Shown here: positions 39,701 through 47,573 of the stretch, piece after piece
How positions within the stretch are numbered: the first letter of the stretch is position 1
Layout: each line of letters opens with the position of its first letter
From: Akkermansia muciniphila
GTDB lineage: Bacteria > Verrucomicrobiota > Verrucomicrobiia > Verrucomicrobiales > Akkermansiaceae
DNA length: 64,000 nucleotides
NCBI GenBank assembly: GCA_945874895.1
Contig: CAMCIC010000012.1
Coordinates: forward strand, 4,885 to 68,884
Reading direction: 5' to 3'
The notes under the pieces: model-generated
Seen by the model: the letters and a program-made list of their open reading frames with translations, nothing else
What the model was told of the DNA's origin: nothing
Database searches by the model: none
Translations under genes and position numbers: made by a program

Positions 39701-42005
39701 CCGCGGCACGGGCAACATCACGCTGATGAACCTGACCGATGGCACCTCCACCAACATCGCTATCACCAACACAGCCCAAGTTTCCATCGCTGGCGAAGTG
39801 ATGACGATTAACCCAACAGCGAATCTTCTTCCCAGCAAAACGTATGCCATCAAAATTGATCCGACCGCGCTTGACGGCGTGGTCACCAACAGTTTTGCCG
39901 GGATCACCGACACCACGACTTGGAACGTCACCACCCTCACCCCCCCACCGGCTGGCGTAACTGGTCTCTCTTTGTGGTTGGATGCCTCGCAGATTACGGG
40001 CTTGAGCGACGGGGCAACGCTCAATACCTGGAACGAAATGTCCGGGCTCGGCAATCATGCGACAAGGGCTACCGGTGCACCCACCTATGAGACCAATGAA
40101 CTCAATTCGCGACCGGTCATACGTTTTCCCGTTGGCAACGGAGCCAGCTTTAGTTTTCCACGCATGACCAACATCCGCACGGTTTTGTGGGTGATGAAAC
40201 AGCAGAACCCCAGCGAACTGCGGTTCTTAATGGGGGACTCTACAGCTTATCATTTTCATCGTGGCATCGATTCTCCTTCAACCATCTGGCATTCAGTGCA
40301 TACTTCGTCCAATATCAGAAACGGCACAACAAGCCTGAACGGACTCAGGGTCAATGGCGCTACGACCCCTCTGCCAAGCGGTTGGAATTTGCTCTCTGTT
40401 ACAACCACAGATGTCGTCACGGCCAGCACGCTCAGCAGAGATCGCACATTTGACCGAAGCTGGGAAGGAGACATCGCTGAAGTTCTCGTTTACAACAGAG
40501 CTTTGAGCACGGTTGAGATCGAGCAGGTCGGCAGTTATCTGACGGCAAAGTATGGCATGACCACCGCCTATGCCTCGCCCGTGATTTCCACCTACAGCCC
40601 CCCCGCCGACACGACAGGCGTTGCCCCCGACACAGACCTTGTGGCTACCTTCAGCGAACCCATCGCCAAGGGCACCGGCAACATCACGATCAAAAACCTT
40701 ACGGACGGAACTGCCACAAACATCGCGGTTACCGATGCCCAAGTGACGGTCTCAGGAACAACCCTGACGATCAACCCGACGGCAGACCTCTTGGCCGGAA
40801 AAAACTACGCCATCCAGATTGCCGCGACCGCGATTGATGACCTGACCGGGAACAGCTTCGCTGGCATCACCAATGACACCGCGTGGAACTTCGAAACGGA
40901 AGCGCCGACGCCCGTTTTCGTCATGTTTGCTGACAACTTCGACCGGCCTAACAACACAGGCCTGAATGCCTCGGCCGTCGGCAAGTCGGGGTCGCTTGGC
41001 GTGTTGAACTGGATCGAGAAGGCCGGCTCTGGCGGTAACGCGTCAATCTCGGGCAATTCGCTCTTTGCCAGCGGTTCTACCAGCGGCTTCTCCCTGTCCT
41101 ATGTCGATCACAACTTCATCAATGCCTCAATTTCCAGCGGCGGTGGCTTCAGCATCAGCATCGACCTCAAACACTACTCGACCCAAGGCACCGTAAGGTC
41201 CCTCGGGATTGCCATGGGCATGTCGAAAGCCGAGGCTGAGGGCTGGGCGCACAACAATCCCACCCTTTTCAGTTATGCTGATTTATACGTTGGCTACCGC
41301 GGCAATCAAAACGCGATCCAGGTTTTCGAAAACGGAACCGAAGTGATCAACAATGCGACCGCAGGTGATGCCTCCACGCTCCCGAAGAAACTGAAGATCG
41401 ATTTCACATGCGCGGACTTCAATGCCGGCTCGACGGTAAACTACAAAGTCACCTTCGGCGGTGCAGCGATGGGCACTGGATCATTCACATGGAGCGGCAC
41501 CAACGAGAACTACATTGGTCTTTTTTGCAACCTGTTCCCCGCGAGCGGCACGACCGGTCAATTGGACGATTTTTCTGTGAGCGCGCTGGTTCCCGAGCCC
41601 TCGCCCTACGAAATCTGGTCCGCCACTAACACCCTTGGTAGCACTGCTGAAGAGGACTTCGACGGCGACGGAGTGCCCAATGCCATCGAATTCATTCTCG
41701 GCGGAGACAAGAACACCAACGATCTCGGCAAGCTCCCCACCGCCACCTCCAGCGGCGGCAACATGACCTTCACGTTCGTGCGCGACCGGGATTCGGTAGA
41801 TGCTAAGGTGAGCGTCGCCATCGAAGTCAGCCCCAACCTCGGCACATGGCCGAATACCTTCACGGTGGGTGGCAATACCGCCGACTCCTCCGCCGGTGTC
41901 ACCGTCACCAATAACGGTAACGGCACAGACACCATCACCCTCACCGTTCCCCGAGCGCCGGACGCCAAGAAATTCGCTAGGCTCAAGGTAATCATCACCG
42001 AATAG
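36774..42005 (+). CDS. giant secreted multidomain protein: M60-like (enhancin/TCAF-type) zinc peptidase domain, three Ig-like repeats, LamG/ConA-like domain(s)
   Basis: ORF 36597-42005 (TTG) trimmed to the ATG at 36774 (MKTHSLLGAALAAVALTILPAEA, signal), giving 1743 aa. HEXXH at 38874-38888 (FHEQGHGYFFDKFPGETE) sits within a long M60-like region. The LamG-like segment is LSLWLDASQ...WEGDIAEVLVYNRAL...YLTAKYG. There are three copies of about 105 aa of an SbsA/Big_5-like Ig repeat, and a C-terminal DGDGVPNAIEF calcium-type motif. Confidence 0.85.
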   Translation: MKTHSLLGAALAAVALTILPAEAASVTASAAAPVIDGEDIANLGTQIATDKWWPENSATGAAKGQTFRTRNEALRFKAVTYRITQSTLGTKVYTIRIGKISGNTFTPVYTETATQTAAWAANNYITWRLDTPLILQPNTFYGVDVALKSSTTPWQDGIPYLSMTADEFSDGVSYGSGTNGVGNTTITAGDDDRRFHLDIEKPIGGWSLVATHPADNATNVYASNPLLATFSQNIVRGTGNITLKNLTDNTSIVIPITDPRVVISENLLTVNPGSSFIASKAWAVRIDPTAITSVLGDTYPGIANDTTWNFNTGVGDPLFLALVALKNHITGATPLTAAQISTHKTTIDQQKNRLADSATLITASFDLVRAYDASTGNRWYVNGLPARASVTNDIHWTLWNVQQYIMDVVYNDTTLATHESVLNGFKFGSASSFPGACNPPANPADTTRTVTIKASYANTVGWTTQGDGSGTFARKPTGCYLAPGSIATVTVPAALVGKGFKIRVGAHSWDFSNKPSIKRLDRCTVLYSINAVETKVACPHGGGIYIEVPWLANQGNVNVSVRNAVRSPYFSAKSFHQTTSTEWLAERTNPGPWADFQSDKFMMQVPRSWIYAMPDPTQVMKDWDAAMDAFNDLLGFPQIRGKESFYLQADVLIRASVFAPGYPAVNVGGFSATANYNNGYHTHYLIRGPQYGTDDAQVEFHEQGHGYFFDKFPGETESNVNLPFVPVLHRKFGVNLDTAFRASLGEGNTYRTLETTAMAWMTVFNFSPNKVEMADGEKAYQLKGHAKFVDIARIYGWGVLGNYWKSFVTDSENGVNYATDTDSLLLRLSKNVGADIRPLFHFWGIYPQNATTLRTAINNAGLVAPVEIYDRLVRYKSLAPANNTAFKDFATKWWNGQPSSTGFWEEREHASRWTTYNENSALAITNRVQELLDLYYPNGRPTTITGPVVRSFSPADNSTSVALDANLVVTFDKAVVRGTGNITLMNLTDGTSTNIAITNTAQVSIAGEVMTINPTANLLPSKTYAIKIDPTALDGVVTNSFAGITDTTTWNVTTLTPPPAGVTGLSLWLDASQITGLSDGATLNTWNEMSGLGNHATRATGAPTYETNELNSRPVIRFPVGNGASFSFPRMTNIRTVLWVMKQQNPSELRFLMGDSTAYHFHRGIDSPSTIWHSVHTSSNIRNGTTSLNGLRVNGATTPLPSGWNLLSVTTTDVVTASTLSRDRTFDRSWEGDIAEVLVYNRALSTVEIEQVGSYLTAKYGMTTAYASPVISTYSPPADTTGVAPDTDLVATFSEPIAKGTGNITIKNLTDGTATNIAVTDAQVTVSGTTLTINPTADLLAGKNYAIQIAATAIDDLTGNSFAGITNDTAWNFETEAPTPVFVMFADNFDRPNNTGLNASAVGKSGSLGVLNWIEKAGSGGNASISGNSLFASGSTSGFSLSYVDHNFINASISSGGGFSISIDLKHYSTQGTVRSLGIAMGMSKAEAEGWAHNNPTLFSYADLYVGYRGNQNAIQVFENGTEVINNATAGDASTLPKKLKIDFTCADFNAGSTVNYKVTFGGAAMGTGSFTWSGTNENYIGLFCNLFPASGTTGQLDDFSVSALVPEPSPYEIWSATNTLGSTAEEDFDGDGVPNAIEFILGGDKNTNDLGKLPTATSSGGNMTFTFVRDRDSVDAKVSVAIEVSPNLGTWPNTFTVGGNTADSSAGVTVTNNGNGTDTITLTVPRAPDAKKFARLKVIITE
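37395..37709 (+). repeat. intragenic Ig-like repeat, copy 1 of 3
   Basis: LVATHPADNATNV...VRGTGNITLKNLTDNTS...LTVNPGS...AVRIDPTAI...GIANDTTWNFNT. Alignable by eye with copies 2 and 3. Confidence 0.8.
39615..39935 (+). repeat. intragenic Ig-like repeat, copy 2 of 3
   Basis: VVRSFSPADNSTSV...VRGTGNITLMNLTDGTS...MTINPTANLLPSKTYAIKIDPTAL...GITDTTTWNVTT. Confidence 0.8.
40581..40898 (+). repeat. intragenic Ig-like repeat, copy 3 of 3
   Basis: VISTYSPPADTTGV...AKGTGNITIKNLTDGTA...LTINPTADLLAGKNYAIQIAATAI...GITNDTAWNFET. Confidence 0.8.
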
Positions 42006-42040
42006 TCGTCCGCAGCAGATCGAGACGATCTTCGCGACGT

Positions 42041-42600
42041 TTGCCTGACCGGCGGAGGCAAGGAGCCCTTCTAGCTTATCAGGCCAAACGGCACGGTTAT
42101 CTGCAAGTGCAGAAGGATATTGATCTCTCCTACCGCACGCTCACTGCTGCATCAAAGAACAAAATCACGTCCGTCGCATTCTGTGGTCCATGGCCGAACC
42201 GCCAGACAACATTGCCTGGTAACAAAGCCGGCAAGAGTGCGCCCAGCAATCCCACTCGACCCTATTTTGGCGCGCACGTTCGCAAGAACGTTGTCGCGGC
42301 AGTGCATCCGGAGAGTGGAGATTTTATAAGCCTCATCGTGCCGCAAAATGACATGGAAGTTTTTCAGACATTCCTCGTACCTTCGCGTAGGAAGTGCCTG
42401 AGCAAGAGGGGAAAAACCGTTCTCGTGGTAGATAAAGCCAGTTGGCAAAGTGCAAAAACTCTGCACTAGCAACACATCAAAAGTCGCTTGGAGGAACTTG
42501 ACCCCTCAGCGATTTCCTCTTCGAACGGCCCGACGCAAAGGTTACGTTCGTCGAAGCGTCCGATTTGCTGCAATCGGTGAATTTATCCAGTGAGGAACTC
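42041..42600 (+). pseudogene. degenerate IS630-family (DDE) transposase fragment
   Basis: The 142-aa ORF ends ...GDFISLIVPQNDMEVFQTFL...KTVLVVDKASWQSAKTLH*. This resembles the IS630 C-terminal catalytic region (LVLDNASWHKS...). The frame then continues past an in-frame stop with weak similarity (EELDPSAI versus SPELNPIE). There is no N-terminal HTH and no obvious terminal inverted repeats. Confidence 0.45.
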
Positions 42601-42893
42601 GTCGCCGCCACGAAGGATATGGAGAAAAAATACGCGTCGGTGAAACAGGCCAATGGCTCAACAGCTCGCCCAGCAGCCCGGAAACGTCCGCGGTCGCCCG
42701 TGCCTACGCCACCAAAACCTACCCCTACGATCCTGATAACGCCATAAAATGGATCCAGACAATCCCACAAGGCCCCGACCGCACCAAGGCGTTGCAAACG
42801 ATTTATCAAGGCATGAAAAAAGGCCAAGCCTTCTATGGTTACAACATGGAAGCAGTCGAGGCCTTTGCCCGCGAACATGGGATCAAGGAATAG
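42594..42893 (+). pseudogene. start-less orphan ORF fragment (C-terminal remnant of an unknown protein)
   Basis: An open frame between the stops at 42591 and 42891 has no upstream start. It translates to ...AYATKTYPYDPDNAIKWIQTIPQGPDRTKALQTIYQGMKKGQAFYGYNMEAVEAFAREHGIKE*, which looks protein-like. It is not listed in the ORF track as one ORF. Confidence 0.3.
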
Positions 42894-43037
42894 TCTCTGA
42901 AGAAACGTTTTGTTTCGCGCGCAAAAATGACGATCTATTCTTGCTCCCGCCGCCAATCTTTGGCGGAATGATCCTTACCGATCGCATCGGATCAATGCTG
43001 ACGCGTTGCATGTGATCCGCTATCCTCTATCCCATTT

Positions 43038-44195
43038 ATGAAAGACAGCAATCTACCCGTTTCCCACGCACTCACCCGTAGGAGCTTTCTCCATGGAGTT
43101 TCTGCTAGCGCTTTTCTGCTCGCTTCAGAGCGAACCTTGGCGCAAGAGTCCACGCTAGCCTCACTGAGAGGACTTGCTGACGGCAGGCCTTTGATGGGAA
43201 CTTCCGTGCAGACGCAGTTCGATACGCTCTACACTCCTGAGGAAATGAAAATTCTCGCTACACAGTTCGATAGCGTCACTCCTGAGAACTGTATGAAGTG
43301 GCAATACCTCTGCCCCAAAGAAGGCGTTTACCGTTTCGAACCGGCAGATCGTTTGGTCGAATTCGCCACCAAACATCAGCAGAGAGTAGTAGGACACACG
43401 CTGATTTTCAATCGCGATGGAAACTACCCCGTCTGGCTTTTCAAGGACGGTGAAAAAGAAGCGGATGCGAAGCTCGTTTGGAAACGAATCGAAGAGCATG
43501 CACAAAAATTGATGGGCCGTTATGCGGGGCGCATGGATTCCTGGGACGTGCTCAATGAATTCATCGAGGTTCCCGCTCCTGGCTATCGCGAGACGGACCT
43601 CACGCGTATCCTCGGGGCCGATTACCCTGAGCGACTCTTCAAAATGGCAGCGGAAATCGATCCGAAGGCGAAGCTCACCTACAATGATTTTGCCGTCGAA
43701 CGGCCTGATCGTCTGAAGGCCATTCTCGCTTTCGTGCGCAAGCTGCGTGACAAAGGATGCAAGGTTGATGTCGTAGGCAGCCAGAGCCACCTCGAACTCG
43801 GTGATAAAACCACCGCCAACCTCGACAATATGATCAAGCAATTTGCAGCGGAAGGTTTCCAATGCGCACTGACCGAGCTCGACATCGATGTGATTCCTCG
43901 ATCGCTGCATTGGAACCCGAAAACACGCGAACAAGCAAATCAACAAAACCCTTACGCCAATGGTTGCCCTGAGGAAATTCTAGCCAAACAGGCAGCGTTA
44001 TACCGTGAAGTAATGGATGCCGTATTGGCCAACCGCAAACACATGGATCGCGTTACGGTCTGGGGCATCAGCGACCGCCATAGCTGGCTAAATAAATGGC
44101 CATGGGTGCGCACCAATCACGGACTCCTCTTCGATCGCGAGTCCAAGCCCAAGCCCGCTTTTCATGCCATCACCGCGGCACTCGCCAAGAAATAA
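43038..44195 (+). CDS. endo-1,4-beta-xylanase, glycoside hydrolase family 10 (TAT signal)
   Basis: 385 aa with the signal RRSFLHGVSASAFLLA. GH10 blocks are present in order: PENCMKW, GHTLIF, WDVLNEF (acid/base Glu), YNDF, GSQSHL, LTELDIDV (nucleophile Glu). Confidence 0.88.
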   Translation: MKDSNLPVSHALTRRSFLHGVSASAFLLASERTLAQESTLASLRGLADGRPLMGTSVQTQFDTLYTPEEMKILATQFDSVTPENCMKWQYLCPKEGVYRFEPADRLVEFATKHQQRVVGHTLIFNRDGNYPVWLFKDGEKEADAKLVWKRIEEHAQKLMGRYAGRMDSWDVLNEFIEVPAPGYRETDLTRILGADYPERLFKMAAEIDPKAKLTYNDFAVERPDRLKAILAFVRKLRDKGCKVDVVGSQSHLELGDKTTANLDNMIKQFAAEGFQCALTELDIDVIPRSLHWNPKTREQANQQNPYANGCPEEILAKQAALYREVMDAVLANRKHMDRVTVWGISDRHSWLNKWPWVRTNHGLLFDRESKPKPAFHAITAALAKK

Positions 44196-44208
44196 ATCCA
44201 TCACAAGA

Positions 44209-44247
44209 TATGACTTTCGCAACCATGCAAACGATGCGAAGGTCATA
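44209..44247 (+). terminator. stem-loop after the GH10 gene (possible terminator)
   Basis: TATGACTTTCGCA (44209-44221) pairs with TGCGAAGGTCATA (44235-44247) at 12 of 13 positions, with a 13-nt loop. It starts 14 nt after the stop and has no strong T-run. Confidence 0.3.
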
Positions 44248-44731
44248 CTGCTGGCCTTTTCCGAAAGCGGGCAAACACTCACTCGCCATTTAACGGGAAA
44301 ATTCTGACAAGCCAGAGAAAACTTCGCGACCATCATATGGATCGACGCTGGCGCACTGGTTTTGTGGCAGCTTTCCTATCCTTCAGTGATCCCTGAATCA
44401 GGTATCGCCATCATGAGATTTTCCCGCCTGTGCATCATCTAGCAGATAGGGTTGCAATACCCAAAGTCGACGGACGTGCAATGATTCGAAAAAATCCAGC
44501 TCCTCTGAAAAATCGGTGGGCTCGTGCTCCCATTACAGCATCTTCCATAAAATCTAACTTGGTGAAATAAAACCCAGTTGCGTATGACAAAAAGAATCGA
44601 TGTCTGTTTTTTCGCTGCTAAAGTCCAGAACCACACAACGAACGAGATTTTCTATTCATGCCTGAAAACACCCCTTTTTAACCATGCACTCCTCCGATCT
44701 TTTTTAAGATCATTCATTCAACAACCCGACA

Positions 44732-46138
44732 ATGAAACTCAAAAAAACCCCACTTCTCTTTTTGGCCACTCTCGCTCTGAGCGCTCCCGCTGCCCATGCT
44801 GTCGACCGTTTCTGGGAAGGCAACACAAGCGCGACTTGGTCTTCAAACGTCAACTGGACCAATAGCACAAGTAGCCAGAATGTCGGCTCCGTCACACCTC
44901 TCGCTGCTGATGATGTGTTCTTCCACATGACAGGCGCCCTTGGCGGAACTGGGACGGGCATGTCCTTGAATACTGCCGCAGTTGCAAGGTCCATCACTTT
45001 CAGGCAGACCCAAAACTTTGCCATCCAATCGAACACCGGCACGACGACAACGGCCAGGAGTATAACGATCGGTGCAGGCGGCATCACCAAAACCGCCAAT
45101 TCCGGAAGCGTTACCATCAATGGTAATAATAGCAACCCTTTGACCGTGGCGCTCGCATCCAGCTCGAGCCAGACTTGGACAAACGCAAGCACCACCACCG
45201 CGCTGAACATTGGTACGACTTTCATCAGCGGGACCAATACAGCAGCGATCGTTAGTCTTGGAGCCAATACCCTGACCCTCGATGGTGCCGGGAATTTCAA
45301 TTTCGGTGCTAGCACGACAACCAATGCAGTGATCACCGGTTCCTCTGGATCCATAATCAAAAACGGAGCTGGCACTTTGACCATTGGCGGCGTCAATACT
45401 TACAGCGGCAATACCACCATCGGCGGTGGGAAACTGGCACTTGCTGGCACCGGTTCCATCGCCAATTCCCCCAAGATCATCGTCGGCGCTTCCACCACAC
45501 TCGACGTATCTGGCTTGACCGCTGGCAACTTCACACTTGGCTCCGCACAGACGGTTCTAGGCTCTGGGATGATTCTTGCAACAGGAAAAACCGTGATTGC
45601 GAACGGCACCCTTGCTCCGGGAAATAGCCCCGGTACTCTCACCCAGAGCGGAGGAACTTTACAACTCGGGGTAGGCGGAAATTACAATTGGCAAATCCAT
45701 GACGCTGACGGAGTCGCGGGTGTAGGCTATGACACCGTTAGCCTGACCGATGGAGCAACATTGGACCTCTCTGTGTTAAGTGTCGGGAACACTTATAACA
45801 TTAACCTCTGGAGCCTCTCTGACATCGGACCCGATGTGAACGGGAATGCAACTAATTTCGACAATTCCGTCAACCAATCGTGGACGCTATTCTCTACTCA
45901 ATCAGCCATCACCGGATTCAGCGCCGAAAAGTTTACGATCAACACCATCGCAATCAATGGCACAAACGGCTTCACCAACGAACTGAACGGCGGGCTCTTC
46001 AGCCTTGGCTTGAGTGAAGACAATACAGATTTGGTGCTAAAATACACAGCAGTTCCCGAAACCTCAACGTTTTTTCTCAGTTGCCTTGGTATGCTGGTAG
46101 TGTTGCACCGCCGTCGTCCCTCTTGCTATCGTCATTAA
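44732..46138 (+). CDS. autotransporter-associated beta-strand repeat (PATR) protein with PEP-CTERM anchor
   Basis: 468 aa with the signal MKLKKTPLLFLATLALSAPAAHA. Blocks: WEGNTSATWSSNVNWTN, and repeated G-x-G-T-L-T-L/I-x-G-x-N-T-Y-x-G-x-T units. The C-terminus VPETSTFFLSCLGMLVVLHRRR has the PEP-like motif, TM helix and Arg cluster. Confidence 0.85.
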   Translation: MKLKKTPLLFLATLALSAPAAHAVDRFWEGNTSATWSSNVNWTNSTSSQNVGSVTPLAADDVFFHMTGALGGTGTGMSLNTAAVARSITFRQTQNFAIQSNTGTTTTARSITIGAGGITKTANSGSVTINGNNSNPLTVALASSSSQTWTNASTTTALNIGTTFISGTNTAAIVSLGANTLTLDGAGNFNFGASTTTNAVITGSSGSIIKNGAGTLTIGGVNTYSGNTTIGGGKLALAGTGSIANSPKIIVGASTTLDVSGLTAGNFTLGSAQTVLGSGMILATGKTVIANGTLAPGNSPGTLTQSGGTLQLGVGGNYNWQIHDADGVAGVGYDTVSLTDGATLDLSVLSVGNTYNINLWSLSDIGPDVNGNATNFDNSVNQSWTLFSTQSAITGFSAEKFTINTIAINGTNGFTNELNGGLFSLGLSEDNTDLVLKYTAVPETSTFFLSCLGMLVVLHRRRPSCYRH

Positions 46139-46194
46139 GACGCATAGTGGCGGTGAGAATCAAAACTAGGATTTGTATATTCCCTAGCGAGATA

Positions 46195-47265
46195 TCATAG
46201 CAGTCTGGTTACAGCAGAAATGCTTCCGCCCTCAATAAAGCTGGCTCTGAAAAAACTACTCTCTCGGTCTTCCTTTCCTCTTTTGCTATTTTCTACCCAG
46301 CGAATCACCCTCCTCACCAACGGATCAACAGACCAGCGGATGCAACTCACGGAAGGGTCACACCATTCAAAAACTGGGTGATAGTCCGAACAAATCAATG
46401 AAACATCGCGTGGAGCGAAGATTCCTTTCTTTGCGAGGTGATCCCTGACAGCAAAAAACTCGAATGGCTCCTCGATGAAAAGTGCAGTTGGAGGCGTAAG
46501 ACTGAATAGGAAATCAAGGCATTGACGCAGACCTGTGGGACTGGATTCCCAATCGGGCAGATTATAGGAGCTAATCTTGATGCCGTGGGATTCCATTTCG
46601 CAGAGAATTTGTTGCGGCAACTGCGCAATCTCTGGTTTTCTCACTTGGGGCGGCAACAGTAATACGATTCTGCGATGGCCTAACTCTACCAACCTACGAA
46701 TAGCGGCTTTATAGGCCGGTAGCTTATCCGGTCCAGTTCCAGCCATGTTACTCATGGAAAACCTTCCGAAAACCGCAAAAGAAGGTGTTGCCTGAGTGGA
46801 AAACCAGTTCAATACCTCACTGGAGGCAGCGCAAACCAACCAGGCATCTGTTTCGATCTTCTTTACCATTTTGGCGACTCGCGCAACATTCATGTCAAGG
46901 TCAGTGAGGGTCTTGGGTGCTAATTTCACTTCATATCCGCATTTCGTCAGTTGATGCATGATTTCATGAACATTCGCATCCTGCCGGTCTCTCGCACAGT
47001 ATAAAAAAATGGTAACGCGAAATGTCTCAGTCACAGGAGTATCTATCGGCGCGATTTTGCGGCGACGTCCGTGACCCTGAGGCAAAAGGACACCCTCGGC
47101 TTCCAATAAATCAAGTGCCATCCTCACCGTGTTGCGTCCTGTGTGAAGCTGATTGACCAGCCAATGCTCGCCGGGCATAGTGCCAATCCAGACTCGACGC
47201 TGAATTTCCTCCCGTAAGAAGTCCGCAACCTGCTCGGAAGCAGAACGTATGCGCAAACCCTTCAT
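46195..47265 (-). CDS. AraR-type chimeric regulator (GntR-family wHTH plus LacI/PBP1-type sugar-binding domain), paralog A
   Basis: The ORF-track start at 47301 is TTG; the ATG is at 47265 (MKGLRIRSASEQVADFLREEI...). GntR HTH: VNQLHTGRNTVRMALDLLEAEGVLLPQGHGRRRKI. The C-terminal domain shares blocks with 55813-56892 (RRLVELGHRRIV, DAWLV, NWFSTQATPSFAVFG, VRRVIRWVEN). Confidence 0.8.
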   Translation of the reverse strand: MKGLRIRSASEQVADFLREEIQRRVWIGTMPGEHWLVNQLHTGRNTVRMALDLLEAEGVLLPQGHGRRRKIAPIDTPVTETFRVTIFLYCARDRQDANVHEIMHQLTKCGYEVKLAPKTLTDLDMNVARVAKMVKKIETDAWLVCAASSEVLNWFSTQATPSFAVFGRFSMSNMAGTGPDKLPAYKAAIRRLVELGHRRIVLLLPPQVRKPEIAQLPQQILCEMESHGIKISSYNLPDWESSPTGLRQCLDFLFSLTPPTALFIEEPFEFFAVRDHLAKKGIFAPRDVSLICSDYHPVFEWCDPSVSCIRWSVDPLVRRVIRWVENSKRGKEDRESSFFRASFIEGGSISAVTRLL

Positions 47266-47350
47266 CTCGTACAGCCTGCCAAAAACTCCACCCTGCCGCA
47301 ATAGTGAAATTTCTCGTAGTTCTGTTGCGCGTGATTGCTTAATATCGATG

Positions 47351-47573
47351 AATCAAAGTATGCATGATTCTGATACTTTCCCAAAAGATTCACATCGTAG
47401 CTACCTTGATGAGGGCAGACGTGAGTTATAAAATGCAAAAGTCTATTCATCGTTTTATTTTATTGAATTGACTTTTTCTACTTTTCCACTTTGAATCGGG
47501 CGATAGATCGCATCGATTACTAGCAAATCACGCAGGCCTTCTTCACCGTACGGGCTGAACTCTTTGCCATCGA
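47351..47573. repeat. 223-nt dispersed repeat, copy A (partner at 57032-57254)
   Basis: Gap-free colinear alignment, counted by hand. Block 1 (47351-47396 versus 57032-57077) has 3 mismatches in 46 nt. Block 2 (47470-47573 versus 57151-57254) has 3 mismatches in 104 nt. The 73-nt middle is partly conserved, with 2 mismatches across columns 39-63. Confidence 0.9.

Noticed and set aside
39072-40058. 328-aa antisense ORF, plus several shorter ones, inside the giant M60-like gene.
   Set aside because: It overlaps well-supported repeat and LamG coding sequence on the plus strand. Its translation is Gly/Val/Arg-rich with no signal or motifs.
41590-41610. Internal VPEPS in the giant protein as a true PEP-CTERM sorting signal.
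   Set aside because: It is not followed by a TM helix and basic cluster, and about 130 further residues of folded-looking domain follow. It is therefore treated only as a curiosity within the giant-protein finding.
42477-42956. 159-aa minus-strand ORF in the relic region.
   Set aside because: It is antisense to the protein-like plus-strand fragment ending at 42893, and its translation is low-complexity. No support beyond being open.
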